A DNA stretch of 64,000 bases, from contig JACQWM010000004.1 of assembly GCA_016209275.1 (NCBI GenBank), positions 42,243-106,242 on the forward strand, given 5' to 3'. Positions 55,604 through 64,000 of this stretch are shown here, in pieces. The notes under the pieces were generated by a model that did not search any database, was not told where the DNA came from, and saw only the letters and a program-made list of their open reading frames with translations. A program made the translations under genes and the position numbers. Every line of letters starts with the position of its first letter. The stretch's first letter is position 1. This DNA comes from Candidatus Omnitrophota bacterium. Lineage in GTDB: Bacteria > Omnitrophota > Gorgyraeia > Aquiviventales > Aquiviventaceae.

Positions 55604-56242
55604 ATGGACGTTGACGCCTACCGAGAATTACAGCTCCTGACGGAGATTTCCGCAAGCGATTCCGTCACTCAGCGCCGCTTGGCGCAAAAGCATGGCCTGG
55701 CACTGGGCCTGACGAATTTCCTGATCCGACGGCTGGTCAAGAAGGGCTATGTCAAGATCGTCAACTTGGAGCGCAAACGCCTTCGCTATCTCATCACCCC
55801 GAAAGGCATCGCTGAAAAAGCCCGGCTCACCTACGAATACGTGGAATACTCGCTCCACCTCTACCGTCAGATCCGCACCCTGGTGACGCGCACCATCTCG
55901 ACCATGGCCGTCTCAGCGGGCGCTTCCGTCGTGCTCTACGGCACCGGGGAGATCGCGGAGATCGCGTTTCTCTTGATGCAGCAGCGCGGCTTGCGCGTGG
56001 TCGGGGTCGTGGATGAGTCGCGCAGCGACCAGAGCCTGTTCATGAGCCATGCCATCACCCCGCCTGAGGCCCTCGAGCGCCTCTCGTTTGATTGGGTGCT
56101 GATCGCGTCGTTTAAGAATCACCGGCAGATTATCCAGCAGCTCTGCCGCTGGGGCGTGCCGGAGCAAAAAATCGTCCGGATTGCTGAAGAGCAGCAAGTC
56201 CCATCGCTGCCGGAGGCGATGGTGGAGGTCTCCTCATCATGA
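55604..56242 (+). CDS. Winged-helix (MarR-like) transcriptional regulator with C-terminal Rossmann/CoA-binding-like domain
   Basis: The N-terminus SDSVTQRRLAQKHGLALGLTNFLIRRLVKKGYV resembles wHTH. The C-terminus VVLYGTGEIAEIAF... resembles NeuD/sugar-transferase N-terminal domains. Confidence 0.45.
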   Translation: MDVDAYRELQLLTEISASDSVTQRRLAQKHGLALGLTNFLIRRLVKKGYVKIVNLERKRLRYLITPKGIAEKARLTYEYVEYSLHLYRQIRTLVTRTISTMAVSAGASVVLYGTGEIAEIAFLLMQQRGLRVVGVVDESRSDQSLFMSHAITPPEALERLSFDWVLIASFKNHRQIIQQLCRWGVPEQKIVRIAEEQQVPSLPEAMVEVSSS

Positions 56243-57003
56243 GGGTGAAGCGACGGCGGATTCCGAAGGCGCTGGTGGTGATGGGGGTCGGCCTCGGCGC
56301 GGTTTGTCTGCTGATCGCCCCGGTCGCCTCGACGCGGCAAGGGGTGAATTTCCAGGTGTCCCAGCACCGCATCCCTCCGTATGTGAAAGCGATCGATTTC
56401 CTCCATCGGCACTACGCCTATCAGCGCCTGGCACGGGAGATCACCGAGGGCAAGACGACCGATGACGCCCGAGTGCTCGCGGTCTTCAATTGGACGCGGG
56501 AGCATATCCAGCCGATGCCAAAGGGCTGGCCGGTCATCGATGACCACATCCTCAACATCATCATCCGAGGCTATGGCCTCGGCGATCAGATGGCGGATGT
56601 CTTCACCACACTCTCCACGTACGCTGGCGTTCCCGCGTTCTGGAAAGATTTGCGCGCGAGCGACACTCCGGGAGTGCTGGTGCTGTCGTTTGCCAAGATC
56701 GATGGCCAGTGGGTGATCGTCGACGTGGCGGATGGGTTGATCTTCCGTATGCCGGATGGCTCCTTGGCGGATGCCGCCGCACTCGTGGAGAACCCGCCCG
56801 TGCTGAAAACCGTGGTGCAAGCGCGCACCCGCAGCGGCATCGAGTACTGGCGTTACCTTGAAACGATGCGGCCGTTTTCCGTTCCGAACACGCTGCGCGC
56901 GCAGCAGCAGATGCCCGGGCCGCGCCTATGGTTTGAGCTCCGGCGCGCGCTGCATCTGGCCGGCGCGTATGACCAAACACGGTGGGCGCTCCATGCCCGG
57001 TGA
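56239..57003 (+). CDS. Hypothetical membrane-anchored/exported protein
   Basis: N-terminal signal-anchor (ALVVMGVGLGAVCLLIAPVAS). No recognised catalytic motif. Confidence 0.35.
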   Translation: MRVKRRRIPKALVVMGVGLGAVCLLIAPVASTRQGVNFQVSQHRIPPYVKAIDFLHRHYAYQRLAREITEGKTTDDARVLAVFNWTREHIQPMPKGWPVIDDHILNIIIRGYGLGDQMADVFTTLSTYAGVPAFWKDLRASDTPGVLVLSFAKIDGQWVIVDVADGLIFRMPDGSLADAAALVENPPVLKTVVQARTRSGIEYWRYLETMRPFSVPNTLRAQQQMPGPRLWFELRRALHLAGAYDQTRWALHAR

Positions 57004-58036
57004 TCCATCGGCCCTGGCCATGCCTGTCTCCGCCGCGGCGTTTAGCGCATTTCGGATCGGATTCCACCCGGCGGATCAGGTGAGGGTGCTTGAGTATTGG
57101 CGTGAAATTTTTAATTCGCAACAGTGGGTGGAAGGCCAGTACACCAAGCGCTTCGAGGAGTTGTGGGCCGCGTGGAATGCGCTGCCGGCGGTGGCGACCT
57201 CAAGCTGGGGCGGGGCTGCGCTGGCCGCCTTGGACTATTTCAAGGTTCGCGGGAAAACCGTGCTATGCCCTACGAATACGTTCATGGCAACCCCGCTGTC
57301 GGTCATCCATGCCGGCGGGACGGTCGTCTTCGGCGACTGCAACCGAGACGATTTGTGCCTCAGCTACGAGGCGGTGGCGCAGGCGGCCAAGGCGCAGGAG
57401 CTTGCGGCCGTGTGGCTCGTGCACATCGGCGGCCATCTGGCTTTTGACACGCCGCGCATCGCGGAGTTCTGCCGGGCCAACGGCATCATCCTGCTTGAAG
57501 ATTGCGCCCACGCGCATGGGGCCTCATGGCACGGCCAGCGGCCTGGCAGCTTCGGCGATGCCGGGGTCTATTCATTTTACGGCACCAAAACGATTTCGAC
57601 CGGCGAGGGCGGCATGCTGGTCTCAAAACATCCTGGCCTCATCGAGTTCGCGAAAGGATTCCGCAATTACGGCAAGCCAACCTACCAGGTGTCGGGCCTG
57701 AACTACCGGATGTCGGAGTTCACCGCGGCCCTCGGCGTGGTCCAGGTTGAGCGCATGGAGGAGATCGTGGCCTGGAAGCGCGCGGTGGCGGCCAGGGATC
57801 TTGATCCTGTGTTTGCGCAGCGCGTGCGGCTGCCTGAGGGTATGCAGTCCGGCTACTACAAATACATCGTGTTTGAGCCGATTGCGCGCTCCAGCGGCAA
57901 GGTTTACGACACGCTCTGCCACACCATCATGGGGCAGGGCGGATCATTTCCCAACGCCGAGTGGATCGCGCAGCATCACTGGTGCGTTCCGCTCTATTAC
58001 CATCCTGAGCTGGACAACAATGGAGTGGATGCATGA
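56993..58036 (+). CDS. DegT-family PLP-dependent sugar aminotransferase/dehydratase (third copy)
   Basis: Lys-region SFYGTKTISTGEGGM. Start uncertain. Confidence 0.65.
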   Translation: MPGDPSALAMPVSAAAFSAFRIGFHPADQVRVLEYWREIFNSQQWVEGQYTKRFEELWAAWNALPAVATSSWGGAALAALDYFKVRGKTVLCPTNTFMATPLSVIHAGGTVVFGDCNRDDLCLSYEAVAQAAKAQELAAVWLVHIGGHLAFDTPRIAEFCRANGIILLEDCAHAHGASWHGQRPGSFGDAGVYSFYGTKTISTGEGGMLVSKHPGLIEFAKGFRNYGKPTYQVSGLNYRMSEFTAALGVVQVERMEEIVAWKRAVAARDLDPVFAQRVRLPEGMQSGYYKYIVFEPIARSSGKVYDTLCHTIMGQGGSFPNAEWIAQHHWCVPLYYHPELDNNGVDA

Positions 58037-58974
58037 GAGTTCTCGTGACAGGCGGCGCAGGCTTTATTGGATCGCATGTGGTGGATCGTTTGGTGGCGCA
58101 CGGGGTGGTGCCGCTCATCTTCGATCAGCAGCGCTCCACGTATCACCCGTCGGTCGAGCACTGCATCGGCAGCATCCTGGACGTGGAGGCCCTGCGGGTG
58201 GCGATGTTCGGTGTGCAAGCGATCATCCATCTGGCGGCGGTTGCGGATGTGAAAGATGTATTCGAGGATCCTTCCTACGCCGAAATGGTGAACACGCGCG
58301 GCACGGCCTGCGTGCTCGAGGCGGTCCGGCGCTCCAAGGTGATGCGCATCGTCTATGGCAGCACGACTTGGGTGTATAGCGACGTGCCCCAGCAGGAGGT
58401 GGACGAAGACACGCCATTGGCCGCGCCCTCGCATCTGTACACCGCCACGAAAATCGCGTCGGAATATTACTGCCAGGCGTACGCAAAGCTCTACGGCATC
58501 GAGTACACGATCCTGCGCTTCGGCATTCCCTATGGCCCTCGCGCGCGCGATGGGGCGGTGATCCCGATCTTCGTCAACAAAGCGCTTCAGGGCGAGCCGC
58601 TGACGATCGCCGGCGACGGCTCGCAGTTCCGCAAGTTCGTCTATGTCGAGGACCTGGCTGAGGGCAACGCGCTGGCGTTAGCTCCAGCCGCGAAGAATCG
58701 CATCTATAACCTCGATGGAGCTGAGCCGGTGACGATCAAGCAGATCGCCGAGACGGTGCAGCGCGTCCTCGGCGGCGCGCGCATTGAGTATGTGGCGGCC
58801 CGGCCTGGGGATTTCAGCGGCAAGCGGGTGCTCAGCGCGCGGGCGAAACAGGAGCTTGGATGGGAGCCGACGACGCCATTTGAAGAGGGCGTGCGGCGGT
58901 ACGTGCAGTGGGTCAAGCACCGGAAGGACCAGCGGGATGCGGAAGAAGCCCGGCTCGACCCGGCCTTGCGGTAG
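58033..58974 (+). CDS. NAD-dependent sugar epimerase (GalE-like)
   Basis: VLVTGGAGFIGSHVV Rossmann motif. YTATK catalytic motif. Confidence 0.75.
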   Translation: MRVLVTGGAGFIGSHVVDRLVAHGVVPLIFDQQRSTYHPSVEHCIGSILDVEALRVAMFGVQAIIHLAAVADVKDVFEDPSYAEMVNTRGTACVLEAVRRSKVMRIVYGSTTWVYSDVPQQEVDEDTPLAAPSHLYTATKIASEYYCQAYAKLYGIEYTILRFGIPYGPRARDGAVIPIFVNKALQGEPLTIAGDGSQFRKFVYVEDLAEGNALALAPAAKNRIYNLDGAEPVTIKQIAETVQRVLGGARIEYVAARPGDFSGKRVLSARAKQELGWEPTTPFEEGVRRYVQWVKHRKDQRDAEEARLDPALR

Positions 58975-58992
58975 CGCGGCGATGCGCTGGGC

Positions 58993-59715
58993 ATGAGTCG
59001 GATCAGCGTGATCCTCTGCTGTTATAACGGAGCCCCCTGGGTCGGCGAGGCGCTGGGGAGCCTTGACCGACAAACCATGCCGCGCGATGGCTACGAAGTG
59101 GTCTTCGTCAATGACGGGTCCACCGACGCGACAGAACAGGCGATGGCCCCGTATCGTGCGCGCAGCAACGTGCAGTACCTGGCCCATGAGCGCAATCAAG
59201 GGCTCGTGGCCTCCTGCAACCAGGCGCTTGAGGCCTCACACGGCGAGTATATCGTCCGCCTGGATGCGGACGACACGTTTGAGCCGCCGCTGCTTGAACG
59301 GATGTCGACGCTGCTGCGTGAGGGCCAGACCGATCTGGTGTATTCCGACCGCTACGAGTGGTCCGAGAAGCGCCGGGCGCGCCGTCTCATCACATTAGGG
59401 AGCTTTAATCTTTTTGATCTGACGGCCGTCGGGACCATGATGCGGCGCGATCTCGTGTTGAGCGTCGGGGGGTACCGCGAACTCTTCTGGGAAGAATACG
59501 ACCTCTACCTGCGGTATTTGCTGCGCAGCGGCCGGGCGGCGTCCCGGGTGCCTGAGCCGCTGTTTACGTACCGCCGCCACCACGGCAGCATGACCAGTGA
59601 TCCTGCGGCGGTGCGCCGTGGATGGGAAGAGTTGCAGCGAGTGTGGCCGGCAAGCATGCTGGAACGGTTTGGGCGGTGTCCGGATTCAACAGCCTGCGCA
59701 GAGGCCGCGTTCTGA
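58993..59715 (+). CDS. GT2-family glycosyltransferase
   Basis: ISVILCCYNGAPWV...VNDGSTD...DADD motifs. Confidence 0.7.
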   Translation: MSRISVILCCYNGAPWVGEALGSLDRQTMPRDGYEVVFVNDGSTDATEQAMAPYRARSNVQYLAHERNQGLVASCNQALEASHGEYIVRLDADDTFEPPLLERMSTLLREGQTDLVYSDRYEWSEKRRARRLITLGSFNLFDLTAVGTMMRRDLVLSVGGYRELFWEEYDLYLRYLLRSGRAASRVPEPLFTYRRHHGSMTSDPAAVRRGWEELQRVWPASMLERFGRCPDSTACAEAAF

Positions 59716-60524
59716 TGGCGCCGCGGACCACCATCATTGCGGAGATCGGCGAGAACCATGTCGGCGACTGGGATCGCGCGCGGCAGATGATCTGTGCTGC
59801 CGCCGCCACCGGCGCGGACATCGTCAAATTTCAGTCCTATCGCAGCGCGGATGTGGCGGATGACGATCCGGAAAAGACGTGGTTTGGGCGCGTGGAAGTC
59901 CCGGATGCCGTGCACCGGCAGCTCGCCCAGGCGGCTCGAGCCGCCGGGGTGGGATTCTTGAGCGCGCCGTTCACCGTTGAGCGGGCGCAGTTTCTGTGCG
60001 AGCAGATGGGATTGCGGGCCGTCAAGATCGCCTCCTCCGAGCTGTTGAACAGGCGGTTGTTGGACTATGTGAGCACGCAGGCGGAGACGGTGTATCTGTC
60101 GACAGGGATGGCGACGCTGGATGAGGTGCGCGAGGCGGTCACCCGCCTGCGCGCCGTCCCGCGCGTGATCATCATGCATTGCGTGACCCAGTACCCGCTG
60201 AAGGATGAGGACGCCAACTTGCGGGCCATCGAAGCGCTGCGGCAGGCGTTCCCTGAGCATTCGATCGGATACTCTGATCACACCATCGGGATCACGGCGC
60301 CGCTGATCGCCGTGGCGTTGGGCGCTGCCGTGATCGAGAAGCATTTCACCATGGATAAATCGCTGCCAGGCACGGATCATGCGCTCTCTGTCACCCCGGA
60401 GGAGCTCAGGGCCATGGTGGACGGCATTCGCCGGGTGGAGCGGCTCTTGGGGGTGGCCGAGAAGCAGCCGGTGGCGGCGGAGCTGGCCATTCGCGACGCG
60501 GTCCGTGCGAGGTTTCCGAAATGA
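59715..60524 (+). CDS. NeuB-family ulosonate synthase lacking the SAF domain (SpsE/PseI-like)
   Basis: TTIIAEIGENHVGD...DIVKFQSY signature. Only ~269 aa, with no C-terminal SAF domain. Confidence 0.65.
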   Translation: MAPRTTIIAEIGENHVGDWDRARQMICAAAATGADIVKFQSYRSADVADDDPEKTWFGRVEVPDAVHRQLAQAARAAGVGFLSAPFTVERAQFLCEQMGLRAVKIASSELLNRRLLDYVSTQAETVYLSTGMATLDEVREAVTRLRAVPRVIIMHCVTQYPLKDEDANLRAIEALRQAFPEHSIGYSDHTIGITAPLIAVALGAAVIEKHFTMDKSLPGTDHALSVTPEELRAMVDGIRRVERLLGVAEKQPVAAELAIRDAVRARFPK

Positions 60525-62620
60525 GCCAAGAGCCGATGCGCATCTTCCTCGCCGATCTCACGCACGACGGCACCGGCAAGCTCGCCGTCGACATGATGCC
60601 CTACAACATCGGCCTCATCGCCTCGTATGCCAAGCAGCAGCTTGGCGATGCGGTGCAGATTTCGCTCTTCAAATATGTGCAACCGCTGCTTGAGGCGCTG
60701 AAGTGCCAACCGCCGCACATCCTCGGATGCAGCAATTACGTGTGGAACAGCCACCTCTCGGAATTCGCCTGCGAGCACGCGAAGCAGATCAACCCCGCGA
60801 TCGTCACGGTGCAAGGGGGCACGAACTATCCGTTTGACGCGCCAAGCCAGCTGGCGTTTCTGTCAACGCGGCCAGCCACGGATCTCCACGTGTACTATGA
60901 AGGCGAGGCCGCGTTTGTGAATCTTCTCAAGGCGTTTCAATCGTCTCCTGATGTCCGCGAGCTGCGCGAGCGTCCGATCGACGGATGCCAGTCCATCTCG
61001 CCGACCACCGGCCGGTTGGTGTCCGGAGCCGCGGTGGCGCGCATCAGCGCGTTGGGGGAGATCCCCTCGCCCTATGCCACCGGCCTCTTGGATCAATTTT
61101 TCGATGGGCGGCTCACTCCCATTGTCGAAACGAATCGCGGGTGCCCCTTCACGTGCAACTTCTGCAACGCCGGCAACAGCTATTTTTCGAAGGTCAACAT
61201 GTTCCCGCTGGAGCATCTGGAGGCGGAGTTTTCCTACATCGCGCCGCGGATGGCGGCCTCAGGCGTGGGCCTGCTCGTGCTGGCCGACAACAATTTCGGC
61301 ATGTATCCTCGCGATGCGGAGCTCTGCCGGATCCTCAAGCGGCTGCAGGAGCGGCACGGCTGGCCCCTGCGCATCCTCTCGACCACCGGCAAGAACAGCA
61401 AGGACCGCATCATCAAGGCGACGGAAATCTTAGGGACCAGCATGAGCATCAACATGTCTGTCCAATCAATGAACCAGGCGGTGCTGGAGAACATCCGGCG
61501 TCAGAATGTGAGTCTTGAGGCGTACCAGCAGATCAACGAGGTGCTGGTGCGACAGGGCCGCGTGCAGAAAGCCGAGATGATCGTGCCGCTGCCTGGCGAA
61601 ACGCTCGCGTCGTTCATGCAGGGTCTGAAGGAGCTCATGGACACCAAGGCCCAGCTCATCTACTCCTATACGCTGCAACTGCTCTACGGCACGGAGTACA
61701 AGGACGCGGCGTACCGAGCCCAGTGGGGCTACCAGGGCAAGTGGCGGCTCGTGCCGCTGAATTTCGGCGCCTACGACGGCACGAAGATCTTTGACGTGGA
61801 AGAAGTGGCGGTGGCGTCCAAGAGCCTGTCATTCGACGACTATGTGAAGATCCGCGTCTTCGCGCTGCTGACGGAGACGATGTACAACGATTATCAATGC
61901 TGGGAATTCGTGAAATATCTCAATGCGTGGGGGATTTCGCCGTTTGATTGGCTGGCGAACACGGCGGAGCACCTGCACCAGGCCCCCGAGTCCGTTCAAC
62001 AGATCGTGCAAAGTTTCATCCGTGATACCCAAGAAGAGCTGTGGGATTCAGAAGAGGCCTTATTCGAGTTTTATCGCCGGCCGGAACATTATGCCCGGCT
62101 GCTCAAGGGCGAGGCCGGGCATAATGTCGTGTTTACCCATAAAGGCCTGATGATCAGCCGGCATATTGAGGACTGGGTGCCGTTCATCGCCCGCATGTGC
62201 CGCGAACTCGTCCAGGAGCGCGTGCCCACCGCGAACCCTGAGGCCGTGAGGAAGGAGGTTCACGCGCTTGAGCAGTTCCTGCTGGCGAAATTCGAAGGGG
62301 TCTTGCGCAAGGATGGAAACGTTGACGACGTGTTCGTGGAGCTTGCCTACGACATCCCTCAATGGCTCAGCGACAGCAGCGGCAAACCCCTCGGCGCCTT
62401 TGCGCGCGAAACGCCGATGGCCTTCCGCGTGTACTTTACGGATGCTCAACGCAAAGAGCGTGAACAATGCCTGAGACTCTACGGCTTTGATCGCATCGGC
62501 CTGGCCAGGATTTTCGCGCGCAATCCATCGCTGAACACCTTGTATCGCGCCGTGGAGCCTGCGGGGCAGGCGGTCACGATTCCCCAGCGCCCTGAGTGGC
62601 GGCCGGCATGGAACAATTAA
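60521..62620 (+). CDS. Cobalamin-binding-domain radical SAM enzyme (class B, putative methyltransferase)
   Basis: N-terminal B12-binding-like region, a CPFTCNFC (Cx3Cx2C) cluster and a long C-terminal extension. 699 aa. Confidence 0.7.
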   Translation: MSQEPMRIFLADLTHDGTGKLAVDMMPYNIGLIASYAKQQLGDAVQISLFKYVQPLLEALKCQPPHILGCSNYVWNSHLSEFACEHAKQINPAIVTVQGGTNYPFDAPSQLAFLSTRPATDLHVYYEGEAAFVNLLKAFQSSPDVRELRERPIDGCQSISPTTGRLVSGAAVARISALGEIPSPYATGLLDQFFDGRLTPIVETNRGCPFTCNFCNAGNSYFSKVNMFPLEHLEAEFSYIAPRMAASGVGLLVLADNNFGMYPRDAELCRILKRLQERHGWPLRILSTTGKNSKDRIIKATEILGTSMSINMSVQSMNQAVLENIRRQNVSLEAYQQINEVLVRQGRVQKAEMIVPLPGETLASFMQGLKELMDTKAQLIYSYTLQLLYGTEYKDAAYRAQWGYQGKWRLVPLNFGAYDGTKIFDVEEVAVASKSLSFDDYVKIRVFALLTETMYNDYQCWEFVKYLNAWGISPFDWLANTAEHLHQAPESVQQIVQSFIRDTQEELWDSEEALFEFYRRPEHYARLLKGEAGHNVVFTHKGLMISRHIEDWVPFIARMCRELVQERVPTANPEAVRKEVHALEQFLLAKFEGVLRKDGNVDDVFVELAYDIPQWLSDSSGKPLGAFARETPMAFRVYFTDAQRKEREQCLRLYGFDRIGLARIFARNPSLNTLYRAVEPAGQAVTIPQRPEWRPAWNN

Positions 62621-63765
62621 TGGAGCGTTCGGGCCGCGTGCGCGTGTTGGCGGCTGCGCAGGAAGCGGGCGCAGCCAACGCGCTGGTTCCGGTCATCACC
62701 ACGTTGCGCCGAAGCCTGTCTGCCGAGGTGGTCGTCGCCGCCTGCGCGCAAGCGGCAGAGGTCTTTGCGGGTGCCGGGCTCTCGCCACGCCAGGCGGACG
62801 CGATCGAACCGTTGATGCGCGAGGCATCGCCCAACGTCCTGCTATTGGGCACATCGTGGGGATGGACGCTCGATAAACGCTTGCTGTCGCTCGGCAATGA
62901 GTGCTTGCTGCCGTCGGTCTCGGTGGTGGATCATTGGACCCATTACCGAGAGCGGTTTCTTGATCCGAGATCGAATCGGCTCGTGCTTCCCACGAGAATC
63001 GCGGTGCCGGATCAGGTAGCACTCGCCCAAGCCGCGCGCGCAGGTCTGCCTGAGGATCTGATGATCGCGACCGGGCACCCGCATCTTGAAACCATGATCA
63101 ACGCCTTGGAAGCCCCAGGGTGCCAAGCGCGCGCTCGCGAGCTGCGCCGGGCTTGGTGCGAATCGCTCGGCCGATCGCCTGATGGCTCGCGCGTCGTCCT
63201 GTTCGTATCAGAGCCGTTTTCTCAATTTCATGGGCCAGGCAGCCCGTCCCCGTATGATTTTACTGAGCAAGACGCCCTGGAGGGCGTTGTGGAAGCGATT
63301 GAAACACTCGAGCAGCAGACGCGCGGGCGTCTAGCGCTGGTAGTGAAGCGGCACCCGCGGGAGCAATCGCAACCGCTGCAGTTTGGGTCGCGCGCGAAGC
63401 GTCGCAATCTCTGCGTGGTGTCAGGACAAGAGCCGTCATCTGTTTGCGTCATGGCGGCTGATCTCGTCGTGGGGATGTTGTCGATGGTGTTGCTGGAGGC
63501 GGTGCTCGCCGGCCGGCCGGCGAGCAGCTTCCGGCCGACGCGGACCGCTGCCGAGGCATTTATCGGCTCTGAGCTGGGTCTGGTTGAGTCTGCCTTCTCC
63601 GTTGAGGCGCTGCGGCGATGGCTCAGCGAGGCGTGCAGCGCCGGATCATCCGCCAGAGATCGGATGCGCCAGGCCGCCGCAGGAGTGCTCGCGCATCAGG
63701 GGGCCGCCGCTCGGATCGCCGATCTGGTGATGGAGCTGGCGGTTGAGGCCAGGATGGCGTCATGA
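62608..63765 (+). CDS. Hypothetical protein, capsule-synthesis/GT-B-like (KxHP motif)
   Basis: VVKRHPRE motif and overall resemblance to the C-terminal halves of the 28130 and 30208 proteins. Confidence 0.35.
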   Translation: MEQLMERSGRVRVLAAAQEAGAANALVPVITTLRRSLSAEVVVAACAQAAEVFAGAGLSPRQADAIEPLMREASPNVLLLGTSWGWTLDKRLLSLGNECLLPSVSVVDHWTHYRERFLDPRSNRLVLPTRIAVPDQVALAQAARAGLPEDLMIATGHPHLETMINALEAPGCQARARELRRAWCESLGRSPDGSRVVLFVSEPFSQFHGPGSPSPYDFTEQDALEGVVEAIETLEQQTRGRLALVVKRHPREQSQPLQFGSRAKRRNLCVVSGQEPSSVCVMAADLVVGMLSMVLLEAVLAGRPASSFRPTRTAAEAFIGSELGLVESAFSVEALRRWLSEACSAGSSARDRMRQAAAGVLAHQGAAARIADLVMELAVEARMAS

Positions 63766-64000
63766 ATATCGTGGCGACGGTTCAAGCGCGGATGGGGTCC
63801 TCGCGCCTTCCGGGAAAAGTGCTGAAGCCGATTGTCGGAAAACCGATGCTGCAACTGCAGATTGAGCGGATTCAGCAGAGCCGATTGATCGATCAGGTTG
63901 TGATTGCCACCTCAGTGGAGCAGGGCAACGATCCGATTGAACGGCTAGCCCATACGCTTGGCGTCGGATGTTTCCGGGGCAGCGAAGAGGACTGCTTATC
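63762..64000 (+). CDS. Ulosonate cytidylyltransferase (PseF/SpsF-like), 3'-truncated at window edge
   Basis: IVATVQARMGSSRLPGKVL N-terminal motif. The ORF runs off the end of the window. Confidence 0.65.
   Translation, partial: MNIVATVQARMGSSRLPGKVLKPIVGKPMLQLQIERIQQSRLIDQVVIATSVEQGNDPIERLAHTLGVGCFRGSEEDCL

Noticed and set aside
1-64000. Search for CRISPR arrays, tRNA/rRNA genes, transposases, integrases or phage genes
   Set aside because: None found. There are no direct-repeat/spacer arrays, no tRNA-like cloverleaf candidates in the tiny intergenic gaps, and no ORF with DDE or tyrosine-recombinase motifs.

Overview
This 64-kb, ~66% GC bacterial window is essentially one unidirectional glycan-biosynthesis super-operon. 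All ~60 credible genes lie on the + strand and most are translationally coupled through ATGA or TGATG start/stop overlaps. The only sizeable intergenic gaps are at 55540-55603 and 41719-41835. No rRNA, tRNA, CRISPR arrays, transposases or integrases were seen. The long minus-strand ORFs all look like high-GC antisense artefacts. Recognisable modules are listed below. (1) A GDP-D-glycero-D-manno-heptose pathway: a 5'-truncated HddC-like nucleotidyltransferase fused to GmhB, the kinase HddA, and GmhA about 30 kb downstream, with a transaldolase that could supply sedoheptulose-7-P. (2) Heptose or deoxy-hexose tailoring enzymes: SDR epimerases/dehydratases, an RmlC-like cupin, a TylCIII-type C-methyltransferase, a radical SAM enzyme, a GNAT and a DegT aminotransferase. 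(3) Three tandem paralogous GT-A-like proteins. (4) A legionaminic-type nonulosonic acid pathway: NeuA/NeuB/NeuC/NeuD homologues, a CBS-domain nucleotidyltransferase, a 4,6-dehydratase and an aminotransferase. It is coupled to a WbuX-type N-acetyl sugar amidotransferase and a fused HisF-HisH glutaminase/cyclase, implying an acetamidino sugar. (5) Two ~700-aa proteins of novel architecture, one carrying an N-terminal GmhB-like HAD phosphatase, joined across a perfect 40-bp palindrome. (6) An O-carbamoyltransferase with SxtJ- and SxtK-like small membrane partners, two SGNH hydrolases and several SAM methyltransferases. (7) An unusual module of an HpcH/HpaI-family aldolase, two SDRs, a KdsB-like cytidylyltransferase and a D-2-hydroxyacid dehydrogenase, suggestive of a non-canonical ulosonic acid route. 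(8) Glycosyltransferases (a GT2-GT4 fusion, a GT4 and a GT2), an AsnB-type amidotransferase and a membrane protein with a recent 243-bp tandem TPR-like duplication. Also present are a wHTH regulator behind a palindromic operator, and a second nonulosonate-like set containing a B12-binding radical SAM enzyme. Function calls rest on motif and family recognition from the translations only, with no database search. Many gene starts are approximate.
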